From: a virus
IMG/VR virus record: IMGVR_UViG_3300031841_004047
DNA length: 64,000 bases
Reading direction: 5' to 3' (one strand)
In this document: piece after piece, positions 1-9,847 of the stretch
Layout of the letters: the number at the start of each line of letters is the position of its first letter
How positions within the stretch are numbered: position 1 is the first letter of the stretch
Position numbers and translations under genes: made by a program
The notes under the pieces: generated by a model
Told to the model about the DNA's origin: nothing
Database searches by the model: none
Seen by the model: only the letters and a program-made list of their open reading frames with translations

Positions 1-2052
1 GGTGTTGAATTAACTGGATCTATAACTTTTAATGTCACTGATAACATAAGTATTTTATCAAAGCTATCATCGTTTACACTTAGCTTTATTAGTATCATAG
101 AAAATAGTAGATATACTACATTACTTTTAGACGTTGTAGACACTTCTGATAACAATGATATAACTGATTCTTCTTCAAATAATGTATCTATAACCTCTTA
201 TGGTAATGCTACTGCCGGTACGTTTAGTCCTTATCATGGTGTAGGTTATAGTGGTTTTTTTAATGGAGGTCAGGAATTAAGATACCAACCCTATACAGCA
301 GGGGATTATAATCTTGGTACTAGTAATTTTACAATGGAGGCTTGGGCATACACAACAGCTAATTCAGCGACTCAGGTTCTCTTTTCACAGAGACGTGTTA
401 GTAATGGGGGACCACAAATCCGCGTAACATCAAGTGGTACTGTTCAATATTTTTATTTTAATGGAAACAACGCACAAAATTCGACTGCTATATTTCCTGT
501 TAGACAGTGGAACCATGTGGCTCTGGTTCGCTCTGGAACTGGCGCAGATCAGACTAAAGTATATTTAAATGGTGTAGAAATATTATCTTTCCAAGAGGCG
601 GCCAATTTTAGCAATACTGCTGCTGACTTAACGATAGGTAATTTTTCGCTGTATAGTGAGCCTTGGTATGGTTATATTGCTGATGTTAGAATTGTAAAAG
701 ATGCAGTATATACATCTGACTTTTCTAATTCACTGCCAACAGAAACTTTAACAGCTATTAATAATACTATATTTTTAACTACATTTAATAGTAACTCTAG
801 TAACTATTATTTTGATGATATTACGGGTAATGGAAGAGTAACTTCTAACTTAGGTAGTACCTCAGTGGTTCCAGTTACTCGCTTTGACAGCTTGGAATAC
901 AGGGCAGCTGATAACGGCGGGTCTATATATTTTGATGGGTCTGGAGATTATCTAAGAGCTGATGCTGCATTAAGTTCATTTACTTCAAGCACTAGCACTT
1001 ATACAATTGAAGCTTATATATATCCGACCGCTGCATATAATTCTTCAAATGATTACTTTTTTGGAATCAACAGATCAAGTGATGGTTATAACAATCTTTT
1101 ATTTAGTAGAGGTGGAATATATTCCAATAACACTGCAGTATCCTTAAGTTCAACAATAGGGCAAAATATCTGGAGTCATGTTGCATTAACTAACGATGGA
1201 ACTACATTAAGAGCGTTTGTAAATGGTAGTATAGTAGCCAGCACAACAACTCTACCACAAGCTTTATCAACCTGTGTGCTTGGTTTTGGAGCAGAGTTTG
1301 ATACAGCTAATGGTGGAACACCAGGGAATTATTATACTGGATATATGTCAGATATAAGAATTTCTAATACAGCTCTTTATACAAGCGCATTTTCCCCATC
1401 ATTTTCTCCTTTTACTACACCTTCAGGAACGGTCTTACACATCAAAGGTACTGATGCATCCCTTATTGATAAGTCCCAAAATGATAATTTAAGGCTTTTT
1501 GGAAATACTACTGGTTCAACCGCTCAGGCTAAGTTTGCTAATACTAAGTCAATGTATTTTGATGGAACTGGAGATTATGTAGTAATACAAAATAGTAGTG
1601 TTGCAGATTTTAAAACTGGTGATTTTACTATTGAAACGTGGGTTTATTGTGAAGATACTAATACAAATCAAATAATTGAAACAAGACCAAGCAATACAAA
1701 CGGAGCATATGTTACTATTGCTGTCCAAGCTGGGTCAGGAGTTTATTTTTATACCAACACTACACACCTATTTACAGGTACTAATGGGCGAGTAGGAACT
1801 ATCAATACTGGTCAATGGCATCATGTTGCTTGGGTTCGTTACAATGGAACAATTACTGCATACATTGATGGAGTAAGTGTAGGCTCTGCATCAAACAGTA
1901 CAAACTTTATCCGAAATCGTGTTACAATTGGCTGGAATGCTTACGTTGGAGAAAACACTGGTTCAGTTTATATACAAGATTTGAGAATCACCAAAGATCT
2001 AGCAAGATATACCGCAAACTTTACACCACCAACCGAACCGTTTAAAGGTTAA
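1..2052 (+). CDS. 5'-truncated LamG (concanavalin A-like) repeat fibre/appendage protein, paralogue A
   Basis: Frame 1 is open from base 1 (GVELTGSITFNVTDNISILSKLSSFTLSF...), so the ORF-track start at 334 is internal. Three LamG-like domains (YFDGxGDY..FTIExW..WHHVA..DxRI) and the family C-terminus ARYTANFTPPTEPFKG. Confidence 0.85.
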   Translation, partial: GVELTGSITFNVTDNISILSKLSSFTLSFISIIENSRYTTLLLDVVDTSDNNDITDSSSNNVSITSYGNATAGTFSPYHGVGYSGFFNGGQELRYQPYTAGDYNLGTSNFTMEAWAYTTANSATQVLFSQRRVSNGGPQIRVTSSGTVQYFYFNGNNAQNSTAIFPVRQWNHVALVRSGTGADQTKVYLNGVEILSFQEAANFSNTAADLTIGNFSLYSEPWYGYIADVRIVKDAVYTSDFSNSLPTETLTAINNTIFLTTFNSNSSNYYFDDITGNGRVTSNLGSTSVVPVTRFDSLEYRAADNGGSIYFDGSGDYLRADAALSSFTSSTSTYTIEAYIYPTAAYNSSNDYFFGINRSSDGYNNLLFSRGGIYSNNTAVSLSSTIGQNIWSHVALTNDGTTLRAFVNGSIVASTTTLPQALSTCVLGFGAEFDTANGGTPGNYYTGYMSDIRISNTALYTSAFSPSFSPFTTPSGTVLHIKGTDASLIDKSQNDNLRLFGNTTGSTAQAKFANTKSMYFDGTGDYVVIQNSSVADFKTGDFTIETWVYCEDTNTNQIIETRPSNTNGAYVTIAVQAGSGVYFYTNTTHLFTGTNGRVGTINTGQWHHVAWVRYNGTITAYIDGVSVGSASNSTNFIRNRVTIGWNAYVGENTGSVYIQDLRITKDLARYTANFTPPTEPFKG

Positions 2053-2057
2053 AATCT

Positions 2058-2065
2058 TATAAATA
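2058..2065 (+). promoter_or_regulatory. T4-type late promoter TATAAATA
   Basis: Exact consensus in the intergenic gap before the 2.1-kb gene. Confidence 0.75.
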
Positions 2066-2089
2066 TAACTAATAAATTTACTAAATTAA

Positions 2090-2380
2090 ATGGGAAAACT
2101 GATGGCCGATAATCTTGAGGGACGTCTCGACAGAATAGAGGATAAGATGGACAAAATGGCTGAAGCTCTTGTCACACTTGCTCGTTTTGAAGAGAAGATG
2201 GATGCTTATAATGAGTATCGTCAAAATTCGTGGGAACGAATGAATAAGTTTTCAGAAAAATTAGATAGAATCGAAAAGACAGTTGAAGAGAATGCTCACA
2301 CTGTTGCTATAATTAATAAACTTTTTTGGGTCGCGATTGTGGCGGCTGCTGGCGCAATAGCCACACAGATCTGGATGTAA
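2090..2380 (+). CDS. Coiled-coil protein with C-terminal transmembrane helix (XhlA/holin-like architecture)
   Basis: Heptad-like N-terminus (LDRIEDKMDKMAEAL) and hydrophobic C-terminus (LFWVAIVAAAGAIAT); the true start may be about 2102. Confidence 0.6.
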   Translation: MGKLMADNLEGRLDRIEDKMDKMAEALVTLARFEEKMDAYNEYRQNSWERMNKFSEKLDRIEKTVEENAHTVAIINKLFWVAIVAAAGAIATQIWM

Positions 2381-2390
2381 GGAGAAAAAT

Positions 2391-3803
2391 ATGGAAATCG
2401 ACTATAGAAAATTGGCCAGCGCTTATCTGCAAGTCTTAGACGAATCACAAATCGTGATTCCTGAAGAGATTCCGGCCAATGAAAGAAATGCATTTATGGG
2501 TGCTGCTGCAGCAGCTCATAAAGCTGGAAAATCTCATTTTAATTTTGGTGGTCAAAAGCATAAAGTGACCATGAAAAAAGACACCGCAAAATCTATCAAC
2601 TCTGAAAAAATTCCCGAAGGAGTAGAGAAAGTTGAATGTCCAAAATGTGAAGGGAAAGGTTGTGCTCACTGTGACATGAAAGGTTATCATGTGACGGGTA
2701 CAGCTGATAACAACATTAAAGGCACTGATGAAAAGAAAACTACGGAGAAAGTACAAGAAGGCAATATGAACGGAATGTGCTGTAAGAACTGCGGTGATAT
2801 GTTTGGCCAACCCACAGAAGGTAATTGCACATATGATGCATATGATCCAAAAGGTAAGAACTGGATTGAAGCTGAAAAACAGCACGAGTCTGTAGACGAA
2901 GATGTAAATTTTGTACCACATAGTAACTGTCCTTGTGGTAATGATTGTGATTGTGATCCATGCACTTGTTCAGAAGTAAAAGAAGAAAAACAAATAGATG
3001 AAATTTCTCGTAGTATGACACCAATGAGAAATAGATTTGGTGGAAATGTAGATCCTAAAAAGTTTGATACATATAAGAAACACATGAAAACACATAAGTT
3101 GGATGAACCAACGGTACGTATGATTCATCAAAATCCAGATGATGCTGAATCAAAGCGTATGATGAAGAATCCAAAGTATGCTCAAGCAGTAGGTTTATAT
3201 AAAGCTTCAATGAAAAAAGAAGAAGTAGAACTTGATGAAAAGAAACTAACGCCTAAAGAGATTAAGAGAGCTTTAGCAAGTATTAAGCCTCCTAAAAAGA
3301 AACCAACTTTACCGAAAGCACCTTTTGAGATTCCAAAAGAAAACACTCTGCCAGCTCCAGAAGGTGGTAAGAAAAGAGTTCGCAGCGCAGATAAAAGACC
3401 TGTGAATATAAACGTAGACGGTAAAACAGTAACAAGGATGGAGCCAGTGACAAAACGAACAGCAGCAGCTTATGAAAGCGTAAATCGTGAAAATTGGCTA
3501 GATGCGTTGCAAAATAAAAAATTGCAAGAAGCAGAAGACGCCAAAACTAAAATGAGCAAGCCAACAGCAATTCATCATTCAGACGATGCTACAAGGGATA
3601 CTTTTGATAAGCAACTATCTACTCGTAAAGGTGAAAAAGATTTCGTGGATGCGCATAAGATAGAAACACCGGAGTATGCAGATGTTCTATCGGTAGTGCC
3701 AAAGACCTTTGCTGCTTTTACGGCGGGTGTAAATAGTCCAAAGATGAGAGATAATGATAACCCACAAGGTGATAAAAAGCCAGTGAAAAACGACGGAAAA
3801 TAA
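2391..3803 (+). CDS. Hypothetical modular head/internal protein with Cys-rich modules
   Basis: 470 aa, highly charged, AGGAG RBS; CPKCEGKGCAHC, CCKNC and CPCGNDCDCDPCTC segments; recurring [IVL]xE motifs. Confidence 0.7.
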   Translation: MEIDYRKLASAYLQVLDESQIVIPEEIPANERNAFMGAAAAAHKAGKSHFNFGGQKHKVTMKKDTAKSINSEKIPEGVEKVECPKCEGKGCAHCDMKGYHVTGTADNNIKGTDEKKTTEKVQEGNMNGMCCKNCGDMFGQPTEGNCTYDAYDPKGKNWIEAEKQHESVDEDVNFVPHSNCPCGNDCDCDPCTCSEVKEEKQIDEISRSMTPMRNRFGGNVDPKKFDTYKKHMKTHKLDEPTVRMIHQNPDDAESKRMMKNPKYAQAVGLYKASMKKEEVELDEKKLTPKEIKRALASIKPPKKKPTLPKAPFEIPKENTLPAPEGGKKRVRSADKRPVNINVDGKTVTRMEPVTKRTAAAYESVNRENWLDALQNKKLQEAEDAKTKMSKPTAIHHSDDATRDTFDKQLSTRKGEKDFVDAHKIETPEYADVLSVVPKTFAAFTAGVNSPKMRDNDNPQGDKKPVKNDGK

Positions 3804-3812
3804 AAACCCTAT

Positions 3813-4178
3813 ATGAGATATGATGATCTGAATGATAATAACTTTGCTATATTTGCCGCGAAACATTATCATAACCATAAATGTATTATTATTGAAGAAT
3901 TTCAAGAAGATTTAAACAGATTTAAATATATAAAAAGACTGGTGAATCGTTATTTAGAAAGTGGAAAGCTATCTGAAAGGTTGATACTTAACCACCTGAT
4001 AGTAATTTTTAATTCTTTTGGAATTAAAGCTTCTGTTCATATGCTTCTTCATAAACTAGATGATAAACACTGGCCAGTTGTTAAGCCGTTTCTGATATTG
4101 CTTGGCTACATAAAAAATGATGAGCTGACAGACGTAGTAATGGATAAGGAAGTAATAGAAGTTTTAAGGAAGATTTAA
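3813..4178 (+). CDS. Conserved T4-like phage hypothetical protein
   Basis: LILNHLIVIFNSFG motif recalled from T4-like marine phage hypotheticals; tightly packed in operon. Confidence 0.65.
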   Translation: MRYDDLNDNNFAIFAAKHYHNHKCIIIEEFQEDLNRFKYIKRLVNRYLESGKLSERLILNHLIVIFNSFGIKASVHMLLHKLDDKHWPVVKPFLILLGYIKNDELTDVVMDKEVIEVLRKI

Positions 4179-4179
4179 T

Positions 4180-4767
4180 ATGGGTGTTATACAAAGAGCA
4201 GGTGATCTAGTCTATACCTTTAGGTTCTTAACTTTATTAGTTACTAAGTTTGAAAAAACAAAAGCTTTTCAGCTTGGTCTTATTGATAAAGATGGAAAAA
4301 GAATAAAAGAAGAACCAATCGATACCTCCGATAAAAAAAGTGCTTATACTCCTTTTCATCGGTTAGTATTCAATATAAAAAGACTTATGGCAAAAGTGCC
4401 CGGTGGTAGTTCTTCTCTTGCATCCTATGCTGCTGCTTTATACCTAATTAAAGAAAAGCTAGAACTTTCTGACAAATCTCTAAAACAAATTGTAGAAAAG
4501 TGTGGTTTAGAAACTCTTGATTTTCTGACTGAAAGTAGTGAGTGGTTCGTACTTGAAGACAAGAGTATATCAGCAGGTGTATACAGTCTTAAGTATGATA
4601 AAGTTGTCAACAGTACAGTTGAAGAAATAGTTAGATCAAAAGATAAAATTAGGTTCAACGAAAACACTTACCCGGTTGGACAAATATTTGGTCTTGATAT
4701 ATATGAAGCTACACACATAAATACTAATCAAAAAGTATTCGTTGCTATCGAGGAACTACTAAGATGA
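4180..4767 (+). CDS. Conserved T4-like phage hypothetical protein
   Basis: GLIDKDGKRIK...YTPFHRLVFNIKRL motif; operon packing. Confidence 0.65.
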   Translation: MGVIQRAGDLVYTFRFLTLLVTKFEKTKAFQLGLIDKDGKRIKEEPIDTSDKKSAYTPFHRLVFNIKRLMAKVPGGSSSLASYAAALYLIKEKLELSDKSLKQIVEKCGLETLDFLTESSEWFVLEDKSISAGVYSLKYDKVVNSTVEEIVRSKDKIRFNENTYPVGQIFGLDIYEATHINTNQKVFVAIEELLR

Positions 4768-5021
4768 AACCTGAACATAATTTACGAGCCATGTTACGAT
4801 CTTTAAACAAAGCTTTAAAACCCATAAAGAAGAAAGAAGTAGATGAAGATGTTCCATCTACAAGTACTGCTAATGTTGCTGGGGCTGGTAATGACAGTAG
4901 TACAGTAGTAGTTGATCGTAGAAGACGCAAAGATAAACCTCCCGTTGTTCTTAAAAGATTTCGTGGATTTATGAAGGATCCCTCGGCACCGAAGCCAGAG
5001 GAAAGTTATAAGAAAAAGTAA
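4764..5021 (+). CDS. Small basic hypothetical protein
   Basis: ATGA overlap with the previous gene; EDVPSTSTANVAG motif. Confidence 0.6.
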   Translation: MKPEHNLRAMLRSLNKALKPIKKKEVDEDVPSTSTANVAGAGNDSSTVVVDRRRRKDKPPVVLKRFRGFMKDPSAPKPEESYKKK

Positions 5022-5022
5022 A

Positions 5023-5544
5023 ATGCTTAGAATATATCTTTTGTTATTTGTAATTGGTACTGTTGGCGGAGGAGGATTCCTCGCCTATAAACAGTACAAG
5101 GATATGGAATCTAAAGTCATAGCCCTTTCATCTCAAAATCAACAACTGAAAGACGCCACTGCTCAGCAAGAGGAAGCGATGAAGACGCTACAGTCTGACC
5201 TACAGGCTGCTAACGACGAAATCAGATCCGTAAACGAAGCTTTCAATAGAATTAGACAGCAGAACAATATGCTTGCAGGTAAACTAGCGGACATAGACCT
5301 TGGAGTCATGGCTGTAAGAGATGCCGATGACATCGAGTTCAAAGTTAACAGAGGTACGACGAATGCTGGTAGGTGTTTCGAACTATTAAGTGGAGCCGAA
5401 TTAAACGAACAAGAAAAAGGAGCGCAGAATGCCAAAGACTTTAACCGCGAGTGCCCTTGGCTTTATGATGATTATAAGTCTAGGGGCATGCTCAACGAAA
5501 CAACCGATTCAGGAGATAGCAATATCAACGAAGCCGGTGAATAA
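5023..5544 (+). CDS. Putative inner-membrane spanin (Rz-like)
   Basis: N-terminal TM helix, long coiled coil, two Cys near the C-terminus; overlaps a lipoprotein gene. Confidence 0.6.
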   Translation: MLRIYLLLFVIGTVGGGGFLAYKQYKDMESKVIALSSQNQQLKDATAQQEEAMKTLQSDLQAANDEIRSVNEAFNRIRQQNNMLAGKLADIDLGVMAVRDADDIEFKVNRGTTNAGRCFELLSGAELNEQEKGAQNAKDFNRECPWLYDDYKSRGMLNETTDSGDSNINEAGE

Positions 5545-5824
5545 GCCTGAGCTTGTTCTTCCGAAGGTTGATCAAATAAATATTCGTAACGTAGAGTGGG
5601 TGGTACTAAACGAAGACAACATTGATGAGGAGTTGGAGAAGATAAGAGCCACCGGTCAACCAGTAGGCTTATTTGCTCTAACGGGAAAGGGATACCAGAA
5701 CCTTGCTCTTAACTTCAGTGACATAAGAGCGATGGTTCAACAACAGCAACAGATCATAGCTGCTTATGAGAAGTACTACGTGGAAGCAGAAAAGACTATG
5801 GACTCGGCGGTGAAGGTGCAATGA
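5429..5824 (+). CDS. Putative outer-membrane lipoprotein spanin (Rz1-like)
   Basis: AAGGAG RBS, signal peptide ending in lipobox SLGA-C, Pro-rich segment; 116-bp out-of-frame overlap with the i-spanin candidate. Confidence 0.6.
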   Translation: MPKTLTASALGFMMIISLGACSTKQPIQEIAISTKPVNKPELVLPKVDQINIRNVEWVVLNEDNIDEELEKIRATGQPVGLFALTGKGYQNLALNFSDIRAMVQQQQQIIAAYEKYYVEAEKTMDSAVKVQ

Positions 5825-5964
5825 TAAGTTTACAGATCATAATTTACAACATTTTATTTTTTAGCGCTATATTTGCATTTGGAAAATTTATAGAAACACT
5901 AATGTGGAAAGCAATGGAAGAAGGAAGAAAAAATGTGGGATATGATACAAAACATGGCCAGTGA
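5821..5964 (+). CDS. Small membrane protein (47 aa, MISLQIIIYNILFFSAIFAFGKF...)
   Basis: Manual translation; ATGA overlap with the upstream gene; one hydrophobic helix. Confidence 0.4.
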   Translation: MISLQIIIYNILFFSAIFAFGKFIETLMWKAMEEGRKNVGYDTKHGQ

Positions 5965-6208
5965 CCGCACATGGATCTACACCAGCATAGCGGGTAGCAT
6001 CGCAGGAGCGATGGTTCTGGCGTATTTAAGTACGACTAGACTTGGGCTGTGGGGTTACTCAAAGTTTGATCTAGCGGTAGACTACCTAGTTGAACGCTGG
6101 GGACTCACTTGGCTCGAACAGCCAGAAGATGCCTGGAGAAAAAAATACCCAAAGATAACGGCAAAGATTGATTCTATCGAATCTAGGCTTGATAAACTCG
6201 AAAAATAG
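5933..6208 (+). CDS. Single-TM hypothetical protein
   Basis: RBS-like GGAAG; hydrophobic segment IYTSIAGSIAGAMVLAYL. Confidence 0.6.
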   Translation: MWDMIQNMASDRTWIYTSIAGSIAGAMVLAYLSTTRLGLWGYSKFDLAVDYLVERWGLTWLEQPEDAWRKKYPKITAKIDSIESRLDKLEK

Positions 6209-6216
6209 TATAAATA
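6209..6216 (+). promoter_or_regulatory. T4-type late promoter TATAAATA
   Basis: Exact consensus 26 bp upstream of the 6242 start. Confidence 0.8.
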
Positions 6217-6241
6217 GTAGAAAATAACAAGTGAGTGTATC

Positions 6242-9200
6242 ATGGCTTCAAACGCTAGAAATCTTTCAAAGCTTCTAGGAACTTCAACACAGGTTCCTAC
6301 CACCGCATTACCTCAAGCAATTGCTGATCTTGAAACGATCGGTACTTCCTTAACTGGCGGTGATATTGCACCAAAGAATATTTCATCAAACACTCTCACT
6401 CAATCTTTTGATTCTAATCAGACCGTAAACTTCATAATGTCTGATAGTATTGATACTATAAGCCCTATCATATCTGTATTTAAAGAAGTTCCGCAACCCG
6501 GTGTAAGTAGTAAGGGTAACTGGGACGTCAACGCAAACGCAACTAACTATGACTTTTATGATGAAAAACCTATTTCTTATTCATCGGTTAGTTTAACTCC
6601 AAGTGCAACTGGTGATGGTACTTTTACGAGTAGTAATCCAGTTATTTCAGGGTATGTTATTGCAAACGCTTCATTAGACACAGATAGTTTTGATCCAAGT
6701 TCTCAGGAAACTAGCCCACAAGGTCTTGACATAAGCCCAGATGGTACAAAGCTAATAGTTGTAGGTGACGCAGATGATGCCTTAGACTATTATACGTTGA
6801 GCACGCCTTTTGATCTTAGTTCAGCTACATACGATGGCACAACTTCGGCTATTAATTCAAATCCATATGGTTGTAGATTTAGTTCAACAGGCCATAAAAT
6901 ATTTGTATCTCGAAATCAAGCTGATGATGTGTATGAAATACCTCTTAGTACTAATTATGATGCTTCTACAGCAGGTGCATTTCAAAGTAGTGGAAATCTG
7001 ACCACACTTAGTGGTAACGCTCAAGCTGACTTTAATGGTATTCATTTTAGTTCAGATGGGACAAAAATGTTTAGTTGTGATGAAGCTAACAACAAAGTTC
7101 ATGAATATACTCTTTCAACAGCATGGGATATTACAACTTTATCATATGTTCATGCATTTGATATTTCTTCACAAGATACAATTGTTAATGATTTAGCATT
7201 TACTGACGATGGTACACGTATGTTTATATTGGGTTCGCAAACCGGATATATTTATGAGTACGGCTTAACTCAAGCTTGGGACGTAAGCTCAGCATCTTAC
7301 TCAAATATTAGCCTTGCACAAACAAATGGTAGGGGAATGACATTTAGCAATTCTGGGCAAAAGATGTATCTTTGTAAAATTGGTGCCGCCGAGCTCATCC
7401 GCTACAGTACAAGCTCTTCGACTGCTTTCAATTCATCAGACGTAGGTAAGAAAGTTGTAGGAAACTCTGGTACTGCTGTAATTACTTCTACTGCGGGTGC
7501 ATATACTTCAGTCACGCCTTTTGCGGATACATCAGCCATTTCTTCTTGGCAGTTATTTGGTGCTGAAGGTAAGTCTGATGGGACTGGTATTCAATTGAGC
7601 GGGTATTCAAACAAGTATGATTTAGTAAACGCAACTTATACTACTATATCTCCATATTTGAATCAGGCGGAAGGTTATAATTATATGTCCTTCAAACCAG
7701 ATGGGACTAAAGTTTGGGTAGGAGGTCAGCAATCGGATACTATCTATGAATATAATTTAGGGACTGGTTTTGATTTAAGCACTATAACTTATTCAACAAG
7801 TTTTGCATTTGCTACGTCATCTCAGTCACAAGGCTTTGCTATAAAGTCAGATGGAACAAGGGCATATATTCAGGATTTCAACAGCGCAATTAGACAACTA
7901 GATTTATCAACTGCATGGAATATTTCAACCGCAACATTTAACAGTGTGAGTTTAGGTACTACCGTATATAATAAAGGCCTTTATATCAAACCTGATGGAA
8001 CCAAACTTTATACTATAGGTACAGGAAGTAATATTAGAGAATATACTCTATCCACTCCTTGGGATTTATCAAATTATAGTCTTGATAATACAGTAACCCT
8101 TGCAAGTCCTGTAACTTCAAATGATATATATTTTAGTGCTGACGGGACTAAATTTTTTGTACCTCAATCTACTGGAGGCAGATTCGTTAATGCTTATAGT
8201 TTAAGCACTGCTTGGGATACAAGTAGTACTATTACATTTATAACGAGTTTTAGCCTCCCAGAAATAGGTTCATATACTCCTCAAGCAGTTAGTTTTAATA
8301 CTGATGGTTCGGCAATGTATGTAATAAACGGAGAAAATGCGTCAACTTCTCCAGCCAGAAGGATATTGGAATATGCTACAGGTTCCACTTTACACCCATA
8401 CTCTCAATACTCTCCAGCTCTTACAAATTCTTCTAGCGGTCAAATAAATTCATCTAGTTGGACAGATATTAATTCTATGACATCCGATGAAACTAAAAAT
8501 AGTGGTGATATATTCTATGCAGTTTCAACAGACAATAGAGCAAGCTGGGGTGTAGCAAAAGCTTCAGATGGCGTAAGAAAGATTGCAAGAAATAACTCTG
8601 GAACTTGGCAGTATAATAATAATGCTGGAACACCCGTACTAACTGGATACGATTTTACTAATTTTGCTTACGACAACGTAACAGCATCAACTGGTATATC
8701 CGGCAACAACGAAGAAATAAGATTCAATAACGATGGGACAAAACTATATATTCTTTCTGACAACGGGCCAAACGGTGATGGAGTGTATCAGTTTAGTTTA
8801 TCTACAGCTTATGATATAAGTACCTTATCATATGATAGCGTATACTATAATTCTACTCAAGGTGCCAGCGTAAGAGATATACAATTTAATGCTGATGGTA
8901 CAAAGATGTTTATTCTCCATAGTAACACTAAAACAATTTATAGGTATAGCCTTTCCACAGCATTTAATGTAGGTACTGCATCATATGATAATGTGAGTCT
9001 TTTGGTTAATTATGCGGCCGCCAATGCTCCAATGGGATTTTTCTTTAACGGTGATGCTACAAAACTTTATTTGATTTGGGCCGGTGGTAGTAATAGTGGT
9101 GATAGCACTATATATGAAAGACAACTGCCCGGAGCTTATGATATAAGTTCAGCAACAGCGGTTTCCACATTTCTTTATAATGAACCAGATCTTCCAGCAG

Positions 9201-9847
9201 GCACCACACAAGCATATGCATCTTCAGGACTCTTTAATAATGATGGAACGAAGATGTATCTTAATATTCAAAGAATGCCGGTTTTGTCAAATACAGCCAT
9301 TATAGAATATGATTTATCAACAGCGTATGATCTGACGACAATATCACGTACCAGTATTCAATACTTAACTACCGGAACTGGAAATCCTGGCGCTGGACCT
9401 AGAGGAATGGCTTGGAACGGTGATGGAACAAAATTAATTACACTGAATGAGGCGGGTAATTTATTTAGATTTAGCACAGGTGCAAATACTCTTAGTTATA
9501 GCACATCAGAAACTTGGGTTGATGGCACAAACAACAACGAACATGCCACGCTGCAACAAGCACTAGGAGCACAATCGTTTAACAGAATGAACAAAGCACA
9601 GCTAGATGCAGTGGCTGATGGTTATCACTTTAGTCAGGATAGCGCTGATACTCTGGATCTTATGATTGCTCCTTATGCAGCTTCTGGAGCAAGTCCTATT
9701 TCAGATGGTGTTACAATTAACTATGATGCAGAAGTTTTAGTTAGAGAAGCGGTGGCTGGTACAGACTATATCGCAGAATTTCCATCTCCAAACAGACTGG
9801 ACATCAAGTCGCTCATAAACGGTAACCTCAAGATAAGGGCTCAGTAA
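6242..9847 (+). CDS. Virion appendage protein with multiple beta-propeller repeats
   Basis: About 15 repeats of F(S/N)xDGTK(M/L)F/Y...EYxLSTAWD(I/L)S; N-terminus MASNARNLSKLLG resembles those of other fibre genes. Confidence 0.75.
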   Translation: MASNARNLSKLLGTSTQVPTTALPQAIADLETIGTSLTGGDIAPKNISSNTLTQSFDSNQTVNFIMSDSIDTISPIISVFKEVPQPGVSSKGNWDVNANATNYDFYDEKPISYSSVSLTPSATGDGTFTSSNPVISGYVIANASLDTDSFDPSSQETSPQGLDISPDGTKLIVVGDADDALDYYTLSTPFDLSSATYDGTTSAINSNPYGCRFSSTGHKIFVSRNQADDVYEIPLSTNYDASTAGAFQSSGNLTTLSGNAQADFNGIHFSSDGTKMFSCDEANNKVHEYTLSTAWDITTLSYVHAFDISSQDTIVNDLAFTDDGTRMFILGSQTGYIYEYGLTQAWDVSSASYSNISLAQTNGRGMTFSNSGQKMYLCKIGAAELIRYSTSSSTAFNSSDVGKKVVGNSGTAVITSTAGAYTSVTPFADTSAISSWQLFGAEGKSDGTGIQLSGYSNKYDLVNATYTTISPYLNQAEGYNYMSFKPDGTKVWVGGQQSDTIYEYNLGTGFDLSTITYSTSFAFATSSQSQGFAIKSDGTRAYIQDFNSAIRQLDLSTAWNISTATFNSVSLGTTVYNKGLYIKPDGTKLYTIGTGSNIREYTLSTPWDLSNYSLDNTVTLASPVTSNDIYFSADGTKFFVPQSTGGRFVNAYSLSTAWDTSSTITFITSFSLPEIGSYTPQAVSFNTDGSAMYVINGENASTSPARRILEYATGSTLHPYSQYSPALTNSSSGQINSSSWTDINSMTSDETKNSGDIFYAVSTDNRASWGVAKASDGVRKIARNNSGTWQYNNNAGTPVLTGYDFTNFAYDNVTASTGISGNNEEIRFNNDGTKLYILSDNGPNGDGVYQFSLSTAYDISTLSYDSVYYNSTQGASVRDIQFNADGTKMFILHSNTKTIYRYSLSTAFNVGTASYDNVSLLVNYAAANAPMGFFFNGDATKLYLIWAGGSNSGDSTIYERQLPGAYDISSATAVSTFLYNEPDLPAGTTQAYASSGLFNNDGTKMYLNIQRMPVLSNTAIIEYDLSTAYDLTTISRTSIQYLTTGTGNPGAGPRGMAWNGDGTKLITLNEAGNLFRFSTGANTLSYSTSETWVDGTNNNEHATLQQALGAQSFNRMNKAQLDAVADGYHFSQDSADTLDLMIAPYAASGASPISDGVTINYDAEVLVREAVAGTDYIAEFPSPNRLDIKSLINGNLKIRAQ

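Noticed and set aside
334-2052. ATG at 334 as the true start
   Set aside because: The frame is open from base 1 and encodes the family stalk end; the gene is truncated by the window.
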